Assembly (NCBI GenBank): GCA_965197645.1
Contig: OZ240219.1
Coordinates: 1,920,001-1,984,000 of the forward strand
Length of the DNA stretch: 64,000 nt
Reading direction: 5' to 3'
Origin: Dehalococcoidia bacterium
GTDB lineage: Bacteria; Chloroflexota; Dehalococcoidia; Plut-88900
Below, one piece after another: positions 48,798-57,193 of the stretch (position 1 is the stretch's first letter; each line of letters opens with the position of its first letter). The notes under the pieces were generated by a model that saw nothing but the letters and a program-made list of their open reading frames with translations, was not told where the DNA came from and did no database searches. The translations under genes were made by a program, and so were the position numbers.

Positions 48798-49613
48798 ATG
48801 CCCTACTACCTGGACAACGCGTTCCTGCTGGACAACCCCTGGATCACGGTGGTCGGCTGCGGGGGGACCGGAGGGTTCGTGGCCGAGGGTCTCTGCCGCC
48901 TCTTCCAGGGGCGGCAGGCCACCATCGTCCTGGTCGACCACGACCGGGTAGAGCCCCACAACCTGCTGCGCCAGAACTTCTACGCAGAGGATGTTGGAAA
49001 GTTCAAGAGCGAAGCTCTGGCCGACAGGCTGGCCAGGGCCTATAACCGGCCCGTCGGCTACTCGGTCTACCCATTCAGGGAGTACGACGACAATCCCAAC
49101 GGGCAAGGCTACCCCGGCCTCGTCGACTACGGCGACAGTCTCATCATCGGCTGCGCCGACAACGCACCGGCACGCAGGGCGATGGCTGAGTGCCTGCCGG
49201 GTGACCCGCGACGGTGGCTCATCGACGCGGGCAACGACACCAACTGGGGACAGGTGCTGGTGGGCAATGTGGCAGGCCGGGTGGACTGGGACGAGCCTCC
49301 ATTTTCGGGCGAGACCTGCTACCTGGCCCCTGCGCCCACGCTCCAGCGGCCCGACCTGCTGACAGCCGTGTCGACCAGGCCGCCCGACGTGGACTGCGCA
49401 GTTGCCCTCGACCTCACCGACCAAGACCCGACCATCAACCAGATGATGGCGTCGCTGGTCTTACAGGTGGTCCGCCGCATGGTGACGGGCTCCTGCCCCT
49501 TCATGGGCCTCTACCTGGACATGGAGCAAGGGACCGTCACCCCGCGCTACGTCACCCCGGAGGCGGTGGTGCGCATCGTGGGGCCGGACTCCGAATGGGA
49601 GATATCGGCCTAG
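48798..49613 (+). CDS. PRTRC ThiF/E1 family protein
   Basis: VVGCGGTGG, DHDRVEPHNLLRQNF, IIGCADN and IDAGN motifs. Confidence 0.88.
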   Translation: MPYYLDNAFLLDNPWITVVGCGGTGGFVAEGLCRLFQGRQATIVLVDHDRVEPHNLLRQNFYAEDVGKFKSEALADRLARAYNRPVGYSVYPFREYDDNPNGQGYPGLVDYGDSLIIGCADNAPARRAMAECLPGDPRRWLIDAGNDTNWGQVLVGNVAGRVDWDEPPFSGETCYLAPAPTLQRPDLLTAVSTRPPDVDCAVALDLTDQDPTINQMMASLVLQVVRRMVTGSCPFMGLYLDMEQGTVTPRYVTPEAVVRIVGPDSEWEISA

Positions 49614-49664
49614 CGAACAATGCCAATGGACACACTTTGAGAAGTAAAGAAGGAAGGAGAAACG

Positions 49665-50051
49665 ATGTCTGACAAGAACGGGACCACCACGATCTGGCAG
49701 GATGCCCACAGCGGCCTCCGCAGGCACAAGCTGATGACGAAGGAGCTCGGGGACACTATCCCCGCTCTCTACGCCAACGAGAACGTCGAGGGCTACGACG
49801 CCGTCGTCGCCAGGGCGAAACTCTTCTCTCCCTACAACGGCTGGCGCTGGTACATCACCGAGTGGGATGCCGAGACCGGAACGTGCTTCGGCCTCGTCGA
49901 GGGGTTCGAGGTGGAATTTGGGTACTTCGACCTCACGGAGCTCTCGGAAGTGACCGTGTTCGGGAGCGTTCCCGCCGTGGAACGCGACCTGTACTGGGAG
50001 CCCCAGACTCTCGGCGAGATAAGGAGGCAGGCGTCGTGGCTGGCAGCCTAG
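49665..50051 (+). CDS. DUF2958 family protein
   Basis: AKLFSP...WYITEWD...CFGLV...EFGYFDL.EL...VERDLYW. Confidence 0.8.
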   Translation: MSDKNGTTTIWQDAHSGLRRHKLMTKELGDTIPALYANENVEGYDAVVARAKLFSPYNGWRWYITEWDAETGTCFGLVEGFEVEFGYFDLTELSEVTVFGSVPAVERDLYWEPQTLGEIRRQASWLAA

Positions 50052-50103
50052 CGGTCGGCGGTCATCAAGGCAACCCAAAGAAAGAGCAAAGAGAGGAGAC
50101 ACC

Positions 50104-50634
50104 ATGCCTGACGAAGTTGGAACGCAAGCAATCCGCTCGGACGTACCGAGCGCAGACGAGAGTCTCTTCGGAGATGCGCCGGACGACAGGGCCGCACCGG
50201 TCGTCCAGGAAGAAGACTCCAACGATGCGGCCCCCGATGAGCCGGAGGGCGGTGGGGAGTCCGCGCAGGACGAACAGGGCACGGGCGACGCCGATGAGCA
50301 GGCGGCCGGAGAGGAGACCGAAGCCTCGGAGGACCTGAAGGTGGTCGTGTCCATCAAGGGCGGCAGGGCCACCATCGGCGTGCAGCAGCCCTCGTCGGAC
50401 CCGCACATCGAGACGTTCGACGACCTGGACGTATCCGGGCTGACGCAGGAGGTCTCGGCGGTGGTCGAGAGGGCCAGAGCCAGGTGGGAGGACACACCCA
50501 AGCACCCGGCCCACGTCAGGCCCGATCCCCCGGCCAGGCGCCGGAACCGGTGCGGGCAGGGGGCGGCGCAGGAGGCGTCTACCGAAACGTCGGAAGAGAC
50601 GCAGGCACAACAGCAGACGCTGAGGCTGTTCTAA
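50104..50634 (+). CDS. Acidic low-complexity hypothetical protein (PRTRC protein E-like position)
   Basis: GAGGAG RBS, acidic N-terminus, ends QQQTLRLF. Confidence 0.55.
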   Translation: MPDEVGTQAIRSDVPSADESLFGDAPDDRAAPVVQEEDSNDAAPDEPEGGGESAQDEQGTGDADEQAAGEETEASEDLKVVVSIKGGRATIGVQQPSSDPHIETFDDLDVSGLTQEVSAVVERARARWEDTPKHPAHVRPDPPARRRNRCGQGAAQEASTETSEETQAQQQTLRLF

Positions 50635-50724
50635 GCCAGGCCCTGCCGTCTCGCTGAGGGCGCTTGATTGCAACACACAGGGGGAGGCTGTCGTCTATAT
50701 GGCGGCGGCCTCCCCCTGCACCGG

Positions 50725-50940
50725 CCATGTATGTTTGCCTTTTTGCGTTTCAGCAGGTCTAGCCCGTGCCTGGGCTGTGCATAGGGGACTAACTGACGTG
50801 CGTGCGCCAGGGAAGTTAGTCAATAGACCTGCCGCGTGTCCATGTATGCGCCCTTTTTGCGTTTCAGCAGGTCTAGCCCGTGTCCGGGCTGCGCGCAGGG
50901 AACCAGCTGACGTTGTGCGCCAGGTGAGCTTGTCAGTAAA
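50725..50940. repeat. Imperfect tandem direct repeat, about 115 bp x2
   Basis: CCATGTATG...CTTTTTGCGTTTCAGCAGGTCTAGCCCGTG...CTGACGT...GTGCGCCAGG starting at 50725 and 50840. Confidence 0.8.
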
Positions 50941-51121
50941 GCCGGCCGTGGGGCTAGGAGTGTGGGGTATCGAGTTGTGCACTCTCGGGCAATCGCCGAA
51001 TCATCGACGTACCTGTCTTATCCGGGGAACCTTGTACCTACTCGGCGCATTCGACCTGAGCACTCTCTCAGCTCTACGGGCGCTCCCAGCCGGACTGGGC
51101 ACATCGTGCCGACTATACTTG

Positions 51122-51376
51122 CTAGACGCTCCGGTCGGTGAAGATATGGCCCAGGCCCAGGGAGTCGGCCAGTTCAAGGAGGGCGACCTGATGAGCCAGG
51201 TTGGGCCGTACCCCGTTGAATCTCCAACGTCGTATGGTGAGGGGGTAGGTTCTGAGACGGCGGGCGATCTCCGCCTACGACAGGCCGGACTCCACTTTGA
51301 ATCGCTCCAGACGCTGTGGGAAGTCGTGGGGGAAGACGTGGATCCTTCGGCTGTAGTATGTGCGCTCTCTCAACAT
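51122..51376 (-). pseudogene. XRE-family HTH regulator with an in-frame stop
   Basis: MLRERTYYSRRIHVFPHDFPQRLERFKVESGLS*AEIARRLRTYPLTIRRWRFNGVRPN...; TAG at 51277-51275, probably from TGG. Confidence 0.75.
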
Positions 51377-51635
51377 GGCGCAGCCGGCCTCCCGCAGGAC
51401 GCATTGGGACTCTTTCAAACGCGAGCGCAGGCATCGCCTTTCCCGTCCGCCTCAGACCGAGGTCGTTCCGTATCCCGGTCGGTACGTTTGCCTCCCACGC
51501 TCTATCCATGTGTGCGGGCTTTTTTCGTTGCCTTCTACCGGCCCCGACCGCTGACGGTCGGCGCCAACTCGTCGGCCAACTTTCTGCCGTCGCTCGTGCG
51601 GATGGTTCCCTCGCGTTCGCAGTCCTCGATACCTG

Positions 51636-54600
51636 CTACGGGGCCTCGGGGATATCGATGTGGTACCAGCGGGACCGCTCGCTTGTTCCGTGCTCGTTGA
51701 TGGCCTTGATCCGGTATGTGTAAGTGGCGCCGGCCGCCACCGTGTCGTCGGTGTAGGTGGTGGCGGCGCTGCCCGTGTCCGCGACCAATGCACTGAAGTC
51801 GCCCCCGGTATTGTTCTCGCGGACGCGCCGCAGGATCACGTAGCCGGTGATGGTGTCGTCGCCGGGGTCGTCCCAGGTGAGGACCACCTGGCCGTCCGAC
51901 TCCGTGGCTTCGAGGCCCGTGGGCTTGTCGGGTACGGGAGCTGCCGGAGTGTCGATGTGGGACCAGCGCGAGCGCTCGCTCGTTCCGGCCCCGTTGATGG
52001 CCTTGATCCGGTAGGTGTAGCGAGTCTCAGCCGCCACCGTGTTGTCGGTGTAGGTGGTGGCGTCCGTGCCCGTGTCCGCCACCAGCTCATTGAAGTGGCC
52101 CTCCGGGTCGACCCCGGGAATGCGGCGCAGTATCACGTAGCCGGTGATGCTGTCGTCGCCGGGGTCGACCCAGGTGAGAGTCACTGAGTCGTGGGTCGCC
52201 GTGGTGGCTTCGAGGCCCCTGGGCTTGTCCGGCGGCTCCGTGGGTTGAGCACCGGCCACAGCAGCTGTGGCCGCGCTGGTCAACGTCTCACCGTTGCCCG
52301 CGTCGTCCGTGAAGGTGACCTTCACCTTGATGGCCTTGCCCTCGTCGACGTCAACCAGGATGTAGGTCGAGCCAGTGGCGCCTGCGATTTCGATGTCGTC
52401 CGCAAGCCACTGGTACTCGTACTGGACGCTGCTAAGACCGTCCGCGTCGGCGATATCCGACGTGTTAGCTGTCAGTGTCTCCCCCACATAGGCCGTGCCG
52501 CCGATGGTGGGAACGCCGGTGGCAAGAGAGTTGGGCCGGGCTGCCACCGCCTCCGTAGCCCCGCTGGTCAGCGTCTCTTCATTGCCCGCGTCGTCAGTGA
52601 AGCTCACCCGAACCTCGATGACCTTGCCCTCGTCGGTAGCCACCAGGGTGTAGGTGGCGTTGGTCGCTCCCGCGATGTCGGAGTCGTCTGCAAGCCACTG
52701 GTACTCGTACTGGATGTTGCTAAGCCCATCCGCGTCGGCGACCCCCGATGTGTCCGTCGTCAGCGTCTCCCCCACCTGCGCCGTGCCATTGATGGTCGGC
52801 GCTCCGGTGGCAGGAGAATTGGCAGCAGCGGATGCCGACAGGACGCTGAAGACCCACGGGCGTGCCTGCTTGATCGACAGTACATTGTCGCTGGTGATCT
52901 TGAACTCGATCTCCATGGCGAACTCTTGGCCGGGTCCGATGCCGTACAGCTCCTCGAACTCGTCATGGATCGCTTCGAGATGACGGCGCAGCTGACCCAA
53001 TTGGGCGTCGCTCATAAGGAGTTGTCCCGCGGGAACCAGATTGGAGCGCGCGGTAACGGTGTAGGCGCCGTCAGGGTGCAACAGCATTTCCTCAGGCACC
53101 GAGTGTGCCTCGGGATTGGTGACCAGGTCCTCGCCCAACTGCGTGTTGACGTAGTAGCTCCCGTCTCTGCGGCCGAAGGGATCGAAGCTGACGGCGACGC
53201 CGTTGGCCAACTCGTCGGAGTAGTTGGGATGCACCAGCACCCCCATCACCGCCGTCAAGTGATCTATGCGGTGGAACTCGCGCTCGGTGAAGGCCCGGAA
53301 GTTCCACATGCTCGCCCAGACTCCCTTGATGGACTTGTCGATGCCGTCCTCCTCGGTCTCCTCCGGGTCCTGGGTCTTCGAGTCGTACAGCCCCGCGCCA
53401 CTGAAGCCGGGCAGGTCCTCGTTGTTGGTGCTGGACCGGTAGCGCAGCGACTGCCCATCGGGGTAGGTGGCGTGCATATCCTCCAGCGCCTCGATGATCC
53501 ACTCGGGCGTCTCCCCCTTCTTGATCTTCTTGCGCAGCTTCTTCAGCTCCTTCTCTTGGGTGTCGAAATCGCTCTGGAAATCCGGGTCGGCCAGCATCTC
53601 CTTGACGTCATCGTAGAAACCGTTGTGCTTCATGAACTCGTCGTAGAAGTAGAAGGGCACCGCGAACCCCTCCGGCACGGTGCCGTCCTCGAAGCCCAAC
53701 GTTCCCAGCACGGCCACGTTCGCCGCCTTGACACCGAACGCGGTCCAGTCGTCGAATTCGATGTCGCCCAAGGCGGTGATCTGTGTGACCGCGAGGTCCC
53801 GCTCGGGCGTCTGGGTCTGCGCAGGGCGGGAGGCGGCGTAGTGGGCATCGACCTCCGCAGGCGTAGCGGCACGCAGGGTCCATCCGTACCCGGCCACCGT
53901 GTAGTGAACGTAGCTGTCGATGAGATCATCGATGTCGTCGTTGTCGAGGGCATCGCGGATGAAGGCGTTGGGGACGCCGTCCTGCACAGCTCGCAGGTTG
54001 ACGTGCGACAGCGGCGTCTGGGGCACGGTGGTGATGATGCCGGCGACACGGGAGAGCTCATTGGGCAGGGTCTCATAGATGACGACGTCGCGCGGGTCGG
54101 GGCGGTCCTCCAGCGCCATGACCCGGAGGAAACCGTACCCCTCCGCTTTGTTCAGGGAGATGAAGTCCACATCGGGGAAGATATCCTCCTCCAACAGCAC
54201 ATTGACTCGGGAATCGTCGAAGAGCGCCCGTTCCTCGTGATACAGCGGCAGAGCTCGCGCCGGCATCGGGTAGTACGCGAAGTTGTCGTCGAGCAGCGGC
54301 ATGCTGGCTGCCAGCACCTCGTACCCATAGGCCACTGCCTCGAACGGGTAGGCATCCTGAGGCTCGAACTCGAAGCGGTAGACGCCCAGGGAACCGTCGG
54401 GAGCGACCACATTGGGGTGGTATACGATCTCACCCCTCATCGCACCCTGCAACCAGAGAGGCTTGTGCCAAAGATCGATGACCCATCCAAACCAGGAGTG
54501 TGCCCGGTGTGTCTCGGTGTTCATGAAATAAACAACTGGGCGGTCGGTGTCCATGAGGAACAGGTAGAACTTGACGAACTCCAGGCCTCTGAGATGTTTA

Positions 54601-57161
54601 TCAATCACGACACGCCTGCCCTGGTAGGAAAGCGCCTCGAAGGTCTCACGGTCGGGAATCGCCACCACGCCGTCAACAAACTCGACAGGCGGCGCGGGGT
54701 TCAGGGGGTTCATCCCGGCCGGATCACCGAGTTCGGCGATGTCGTCGACGCAGTCGCCGTCGAGGTCGCCCGGCTCGGCGATGAGAAACTCATCGACCCG
54801 GTAGCGCTCAGCTGGGAGAGCCGAGAGCTGCTCGGTCAGCGTCGTCGTGCCGGCCTGACCCAAAGTCACCGACACCGGGATCTCCACCGCAGTCTCGCTG
54901 TTCAACTGGTGCATCACATAGAGCACGTAGTACTTCTCAACCGTGGACTCGACCACTACCGGAACCGACCCGACCGCAATCGACCTCGGCGCAGGACCCG
55001 AACCCGCTCCCGGACACTCGCTCGCCGGCTGCACCGGCATAGTCGACAGGCTCGCCCGGGTCTCCCGGTAGCGGGCGTCGTCGGTGAAGCTCACCCGCAC
55101 CCCGACGGCCCGGCCGGCCATGTCCGGCGTCAAGGTGAGGCTGGCGCCAGCAGCGCCGTCGATGTCGCTGTCCCCGGCCGTCCACTGGTAGGCGAAGCTG
55201 GCGTCGGCCATCCCGTCTGGATCGGCGATGCCCGATGTGTGCGCCCGCAGCACCTGGTTCACCCGGGCCATCCCGCTGATCGTGGGCGCTCCCGTGGCAC
55301 CATTGTTGGGCCGGGCGGCAACCACGGCCGTAGGCTCGCTGGTCAGCGACTCCACGTTCCCCGCGTCGTCGGTGAAGGACACCCGCACCCTGATGGTCCG
55401 CCCGACCTCGTTGCGTGTGAGGGTGAGGCTAGGGCCGTCGGCTCCGTCGATGTCCCTCCCTCGGGCCATCCACTGGTAGGCGAAGCCGGCGCCGGCGAGT
55501 CCGTCCGGGTCGGCGATGCCCGACGCATTGGCGGTGAGCGTCTCTCCCACCAGGGCGGTGCCGCTGATGGTGGGCGCTCCCGTGGCGCGACCGTCGGGGG
55601 CCGTCGGAAGCAGCCGGACCTCCACGGTATCTCCGTCGTTCCAACTCAGATCCGTTCCTCTCCACTGGTAGAGGTTGCCGTAGCTGTAGGACTGGAAGGA
55701 CGCATCAACGGAGGCGAACTGCTCCCCTTCCAGTTCCAGCACGAAGCCGAAGGGAAGCTGCCGGTCGAAGCCGATGTACATCCAGCCGCTCGTCTCGATC
55801 ATGTTCACGGTGTAGGTCGTGCCGTCCACCTCGAACGACGCCGGGGACAGGGATCCGGCCTGCTTGGCGCTGGTGGAGTAGTACCCCCAGCCCCAGTGGA
55901 CCCACTCCACCGTCATCGTAGCCGTCCAGGCGGGAGTAGGCTTGTCGGCCGGAGGCTCCTCGCTGCTCGAATCGCTGCCCGAATCCGGGCCTGGGACGGT
56001 GAATTCGGGCCGGTTGTGAAGTTTCCTGCCGTCGGCGGTGCAGATAGCTCCAGGCGCCTCGCACGTTCGGTCGGCCGGCAACGCGATGGTCACATCGCCG
56101 CTCGAGGCTGGGGCCACGGTGATTTCCCATATCCGGTGGGACCCGTTCACCCTTTCAACACCGGTAATCGAACCTCCGGTTACCTCCAGGGAATGGTCCC
56201 GGAGAGTCTCGCGGCCGGTTGCAATGTCCTGGCTGAAGTGGAGCCGGAAGGTGAACCCATCGACCCCGTTGTGGTTCTCCGGAGCCAGTCTGAACCACGC
56301 CGCCGGCGGGGCCAGCGGCAATTGCGGCACTGGAGCGTCTGCTCCCGAGGTCAGGGTCAGGCTCACTTCCAGCGTGTCCCCCGCAGACCAGTTCCAGTCC
56401 CGGGCCTCCCACCAATATGCGTCTCGGTACTTGGTGATCGGGCGCGAGCTCTCCCGCCTTTCATATTGAACATCGCCGATGCCTAGCGTGAAGTCCCCTT
56501 GCAGTTCCGGGTCAATGCCAAGGAACAGACCGTCGGATTGGTGTGCGAGCACCAGGACGCGGTACGTCGTCCCGTCCAAGGTGAAGGTGTCGGCTGAGAG
56601 TGTCCCGTCCATTCCCCAGGCTGAGTAGCCCGACGCCAAGGGTATGTAGGATGTGTCCGTGCCTACGGTCAACGCGGCGGACCATGCCACCAGGGCCACT
56701 GCAACAGTGGCCGTGCTGGTCAGCGTTTCTGCGTTGCCCGCTTCGTCGGTGAAGCTAACCCGCACCCTGATGGCCTTGCCCGCGTCGTCATCGGCCAGGG
56801 TGTAGGTCAAGCCGGTAGCACCGGCGATTTCAGCGTCGCCGGCAAGCCACCGGTAGGTGAACGACACATCCTCCAAGCCGTCCTCGTCGGCGATATTAGA
56901 CGTGTCCGCCGTCAGCGTCTCACCCACCTGGGCGGTGCCGCTGATGGTTGGCAGGCCGGTCGCCGGGGTGTTCTCAACACTAGCTTGGGCCAGCGGAACA
57001 CCCTTTCCCAACGAGGCGGCAAAGAGCAGGGTCAACGCAATCGCCAGAATGATGGCGGTTGCCAGGCTGCGATGGAAGGCGGACGGGGCCGCGGGCCTCA
57101 CGGCAACACGGGCTGCTGTGACCGCTGTCTCCACTCCGTTTATTGGCCTATCGAATCCCAA
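51636..57161 (-). CDS. Large secreted repeat protein: five Ig-like repeats, PPDK/PEP-synthase-like His and ATP-grasp domains, two FN3 domains
   Basis: Signal-like N-terminus; repeats ATG.PTI.GTA.VGETLT...VRVSFTDDAGN; TPLSHVNL, FGVKAANV, RYRSSTNNEDLPGFSGAGLYDS and IKQARP; C-terminal TY.YRIKAIN repeats. Confidence 0.85.
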   Translation of the reverse strand: MGFDRPINGVETAVTAARVAVRPAAPSAFHRSLATAIILAIALTLLFAASLGKGVPLAQASVENTPATGLPTISGTAQVGETLTADTSNIADEDGLEDVSFTYRWLAGDAEIAGATGLTYTLADDDAGKAIRVRVSFTDEAGNAETLTSTATVAVALVAWSAALTVGTDTSYIPLASGYSAWGMDGTLSADTFTLDGTTYRVLVLAHQSDGLFLGIDPELQGDFTLGIGDVQYERRESSRPITKYRDAYWWEARDWNWSAGDTLEVSLTLTSGADAPVPQLPLAPPAAWFRLAPENHNGVDGFTFRLHFSQDIATGRETLRDHSLEVTGGSITGVERVNGSHRIWEITVAPASSGDVTIALPADRTCEAPGAICTADGRKLHNRPEFTVPGPDSGSDSSSEEPPADKPTPAWTATMTVEWVHWGWGYYSTSAKQAGSLSPASFEVDGTTYTVNMIETSGWMYIGFDRQLPFGFVLELEGEQFASVDASFQSYSYGNLYQWRGTDLSWNDGDTVEVRLLPTAPDGRATGAPTISGTALVGETLTANASGIADPDGLAGAGFAYQWMARGRDIDGADGPSLTLTRNEVGRTIRVRVSFTDDAGNVESLTSEPTAVVAARPNNGATGAPTISGMARVNQVLRAHTSGIADPDGMADASFAYQWTAGDSDIDGAAGASLTLTPDMAGRAVGVRVSFTDDARYRETRASLSTMPVQPASECPGAGSGPAPRSIAVGSVPVVVESTVEKYYVLYVMHQLNSETAVEIPVSVTLGQAGTTTLTEQLSALPAERYRVDEFLIAEPGDLDGDCVDDIAELGDPAGMNPLNPAPPVEFVDGVVAIPDRETFEALSYQGRRVVIDKHLRGLEFVKFYLFLMDTDRPVVYFMNTETHRAHSWFGWVIDLWHKPLWLQGAMRGEIVYHPNVVAPDGSLGVYRFEFEPQDAYPFEAVAYGYEVLAASMPLLDDNFAYYPMPARALPLYHEERALFDDSRVNVLLEEDIFPDVDFISLNKAEGYGFLRVMALEDRPDPRDVVIYETLPNELSRVAGIITTVPQTPLSHVNLRAVQDGVPNAFIRDALDNDDIDDLIDSYVHYTVAGYGWTLRAATPAEVDAHYAASRPAQTQTPERDLAVTQITALGDIEFDDWTAFGVKAANVAVLGTLGFEDGTVPEGFAVPFYFYDEFMKHNGFYDDVKEMLADPDFQSDFDTQEKELKKLRKKIKKGETPEWIIEALEDMHATYPDGQSLRYRSSTNNEDLPGFSGAGLYDSKTQDPEETEEDGIDKSIKGVWASMWNFRAFTEREFHRIDHLTAVMGVLVHPNYSDELANGVAVSFDPFGRRDGSYYVNTQLGEDLVTNPEAHSVPEEMLLHPDGAYTVTARSNLVPAGQLLMSDAQLGQLRRHLEAIHDEFEELYGIGPGQEFAMEIEFKITSDNVLSIKQARPWVFSVLSASAAANSPATGAPTINGTAQVGETLTTDTSGVADADGLSNIQYEYQWLADDSDIAGATNATYTLVATDEGKVIEVRVSFTDDAGNEETLTSGATEAVAARPNSLATGVPTIGGTAYVGETLTANTSDIADADGLSSVQYEYQWLADDIEIAGATGSTYILVDVDEGKAIKVKVTFTDDAGNGETLTSAATAAVAGAQPTEPPDKPRGLEATTATHDSVTLTWVDPGDDSITGYVILRRIPGVDPEGHFNELVADTGTDATTYTDNTVAAETRYTYRIKAINGAGTSERSRWSHIDTPAAPVPDKPTGLEATESDGQVVLTWDDPGDDTITGYVILRRVRENNTGGDFSALVADTGSAATTYTDDTVAAGATYTYRIKAINEHGTSERSRWYHIDIPEAP

Positions 57162-57193
57162 ATCGAGTATCTCTTGAAAAAATGGGCGCAGCG

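Larger units (their letters stand above)
21571..51400. mobile_element. Core of an integrative/conjugative element or conjugative plasmid-like region (ends not defined)
   Basis: Relaxase, VirD4, VirB4, pilins and VirB6 on the minus strand; primase, SSB, RadC, Sak, methylase-helicase and PRTRC on the plus strand. Visibly more GC-rich than the left block. No integrase seen. Confidence 0.8.

Noticed and set aside
52191-56486. 1431 aa plus-strand ORF and other long antisense ORFs (29337-31286, 38026-39732, 36788-38065)
   Set aside because: Shadow frames opposite well-supported genes in high-GC DNA, with no motifs.
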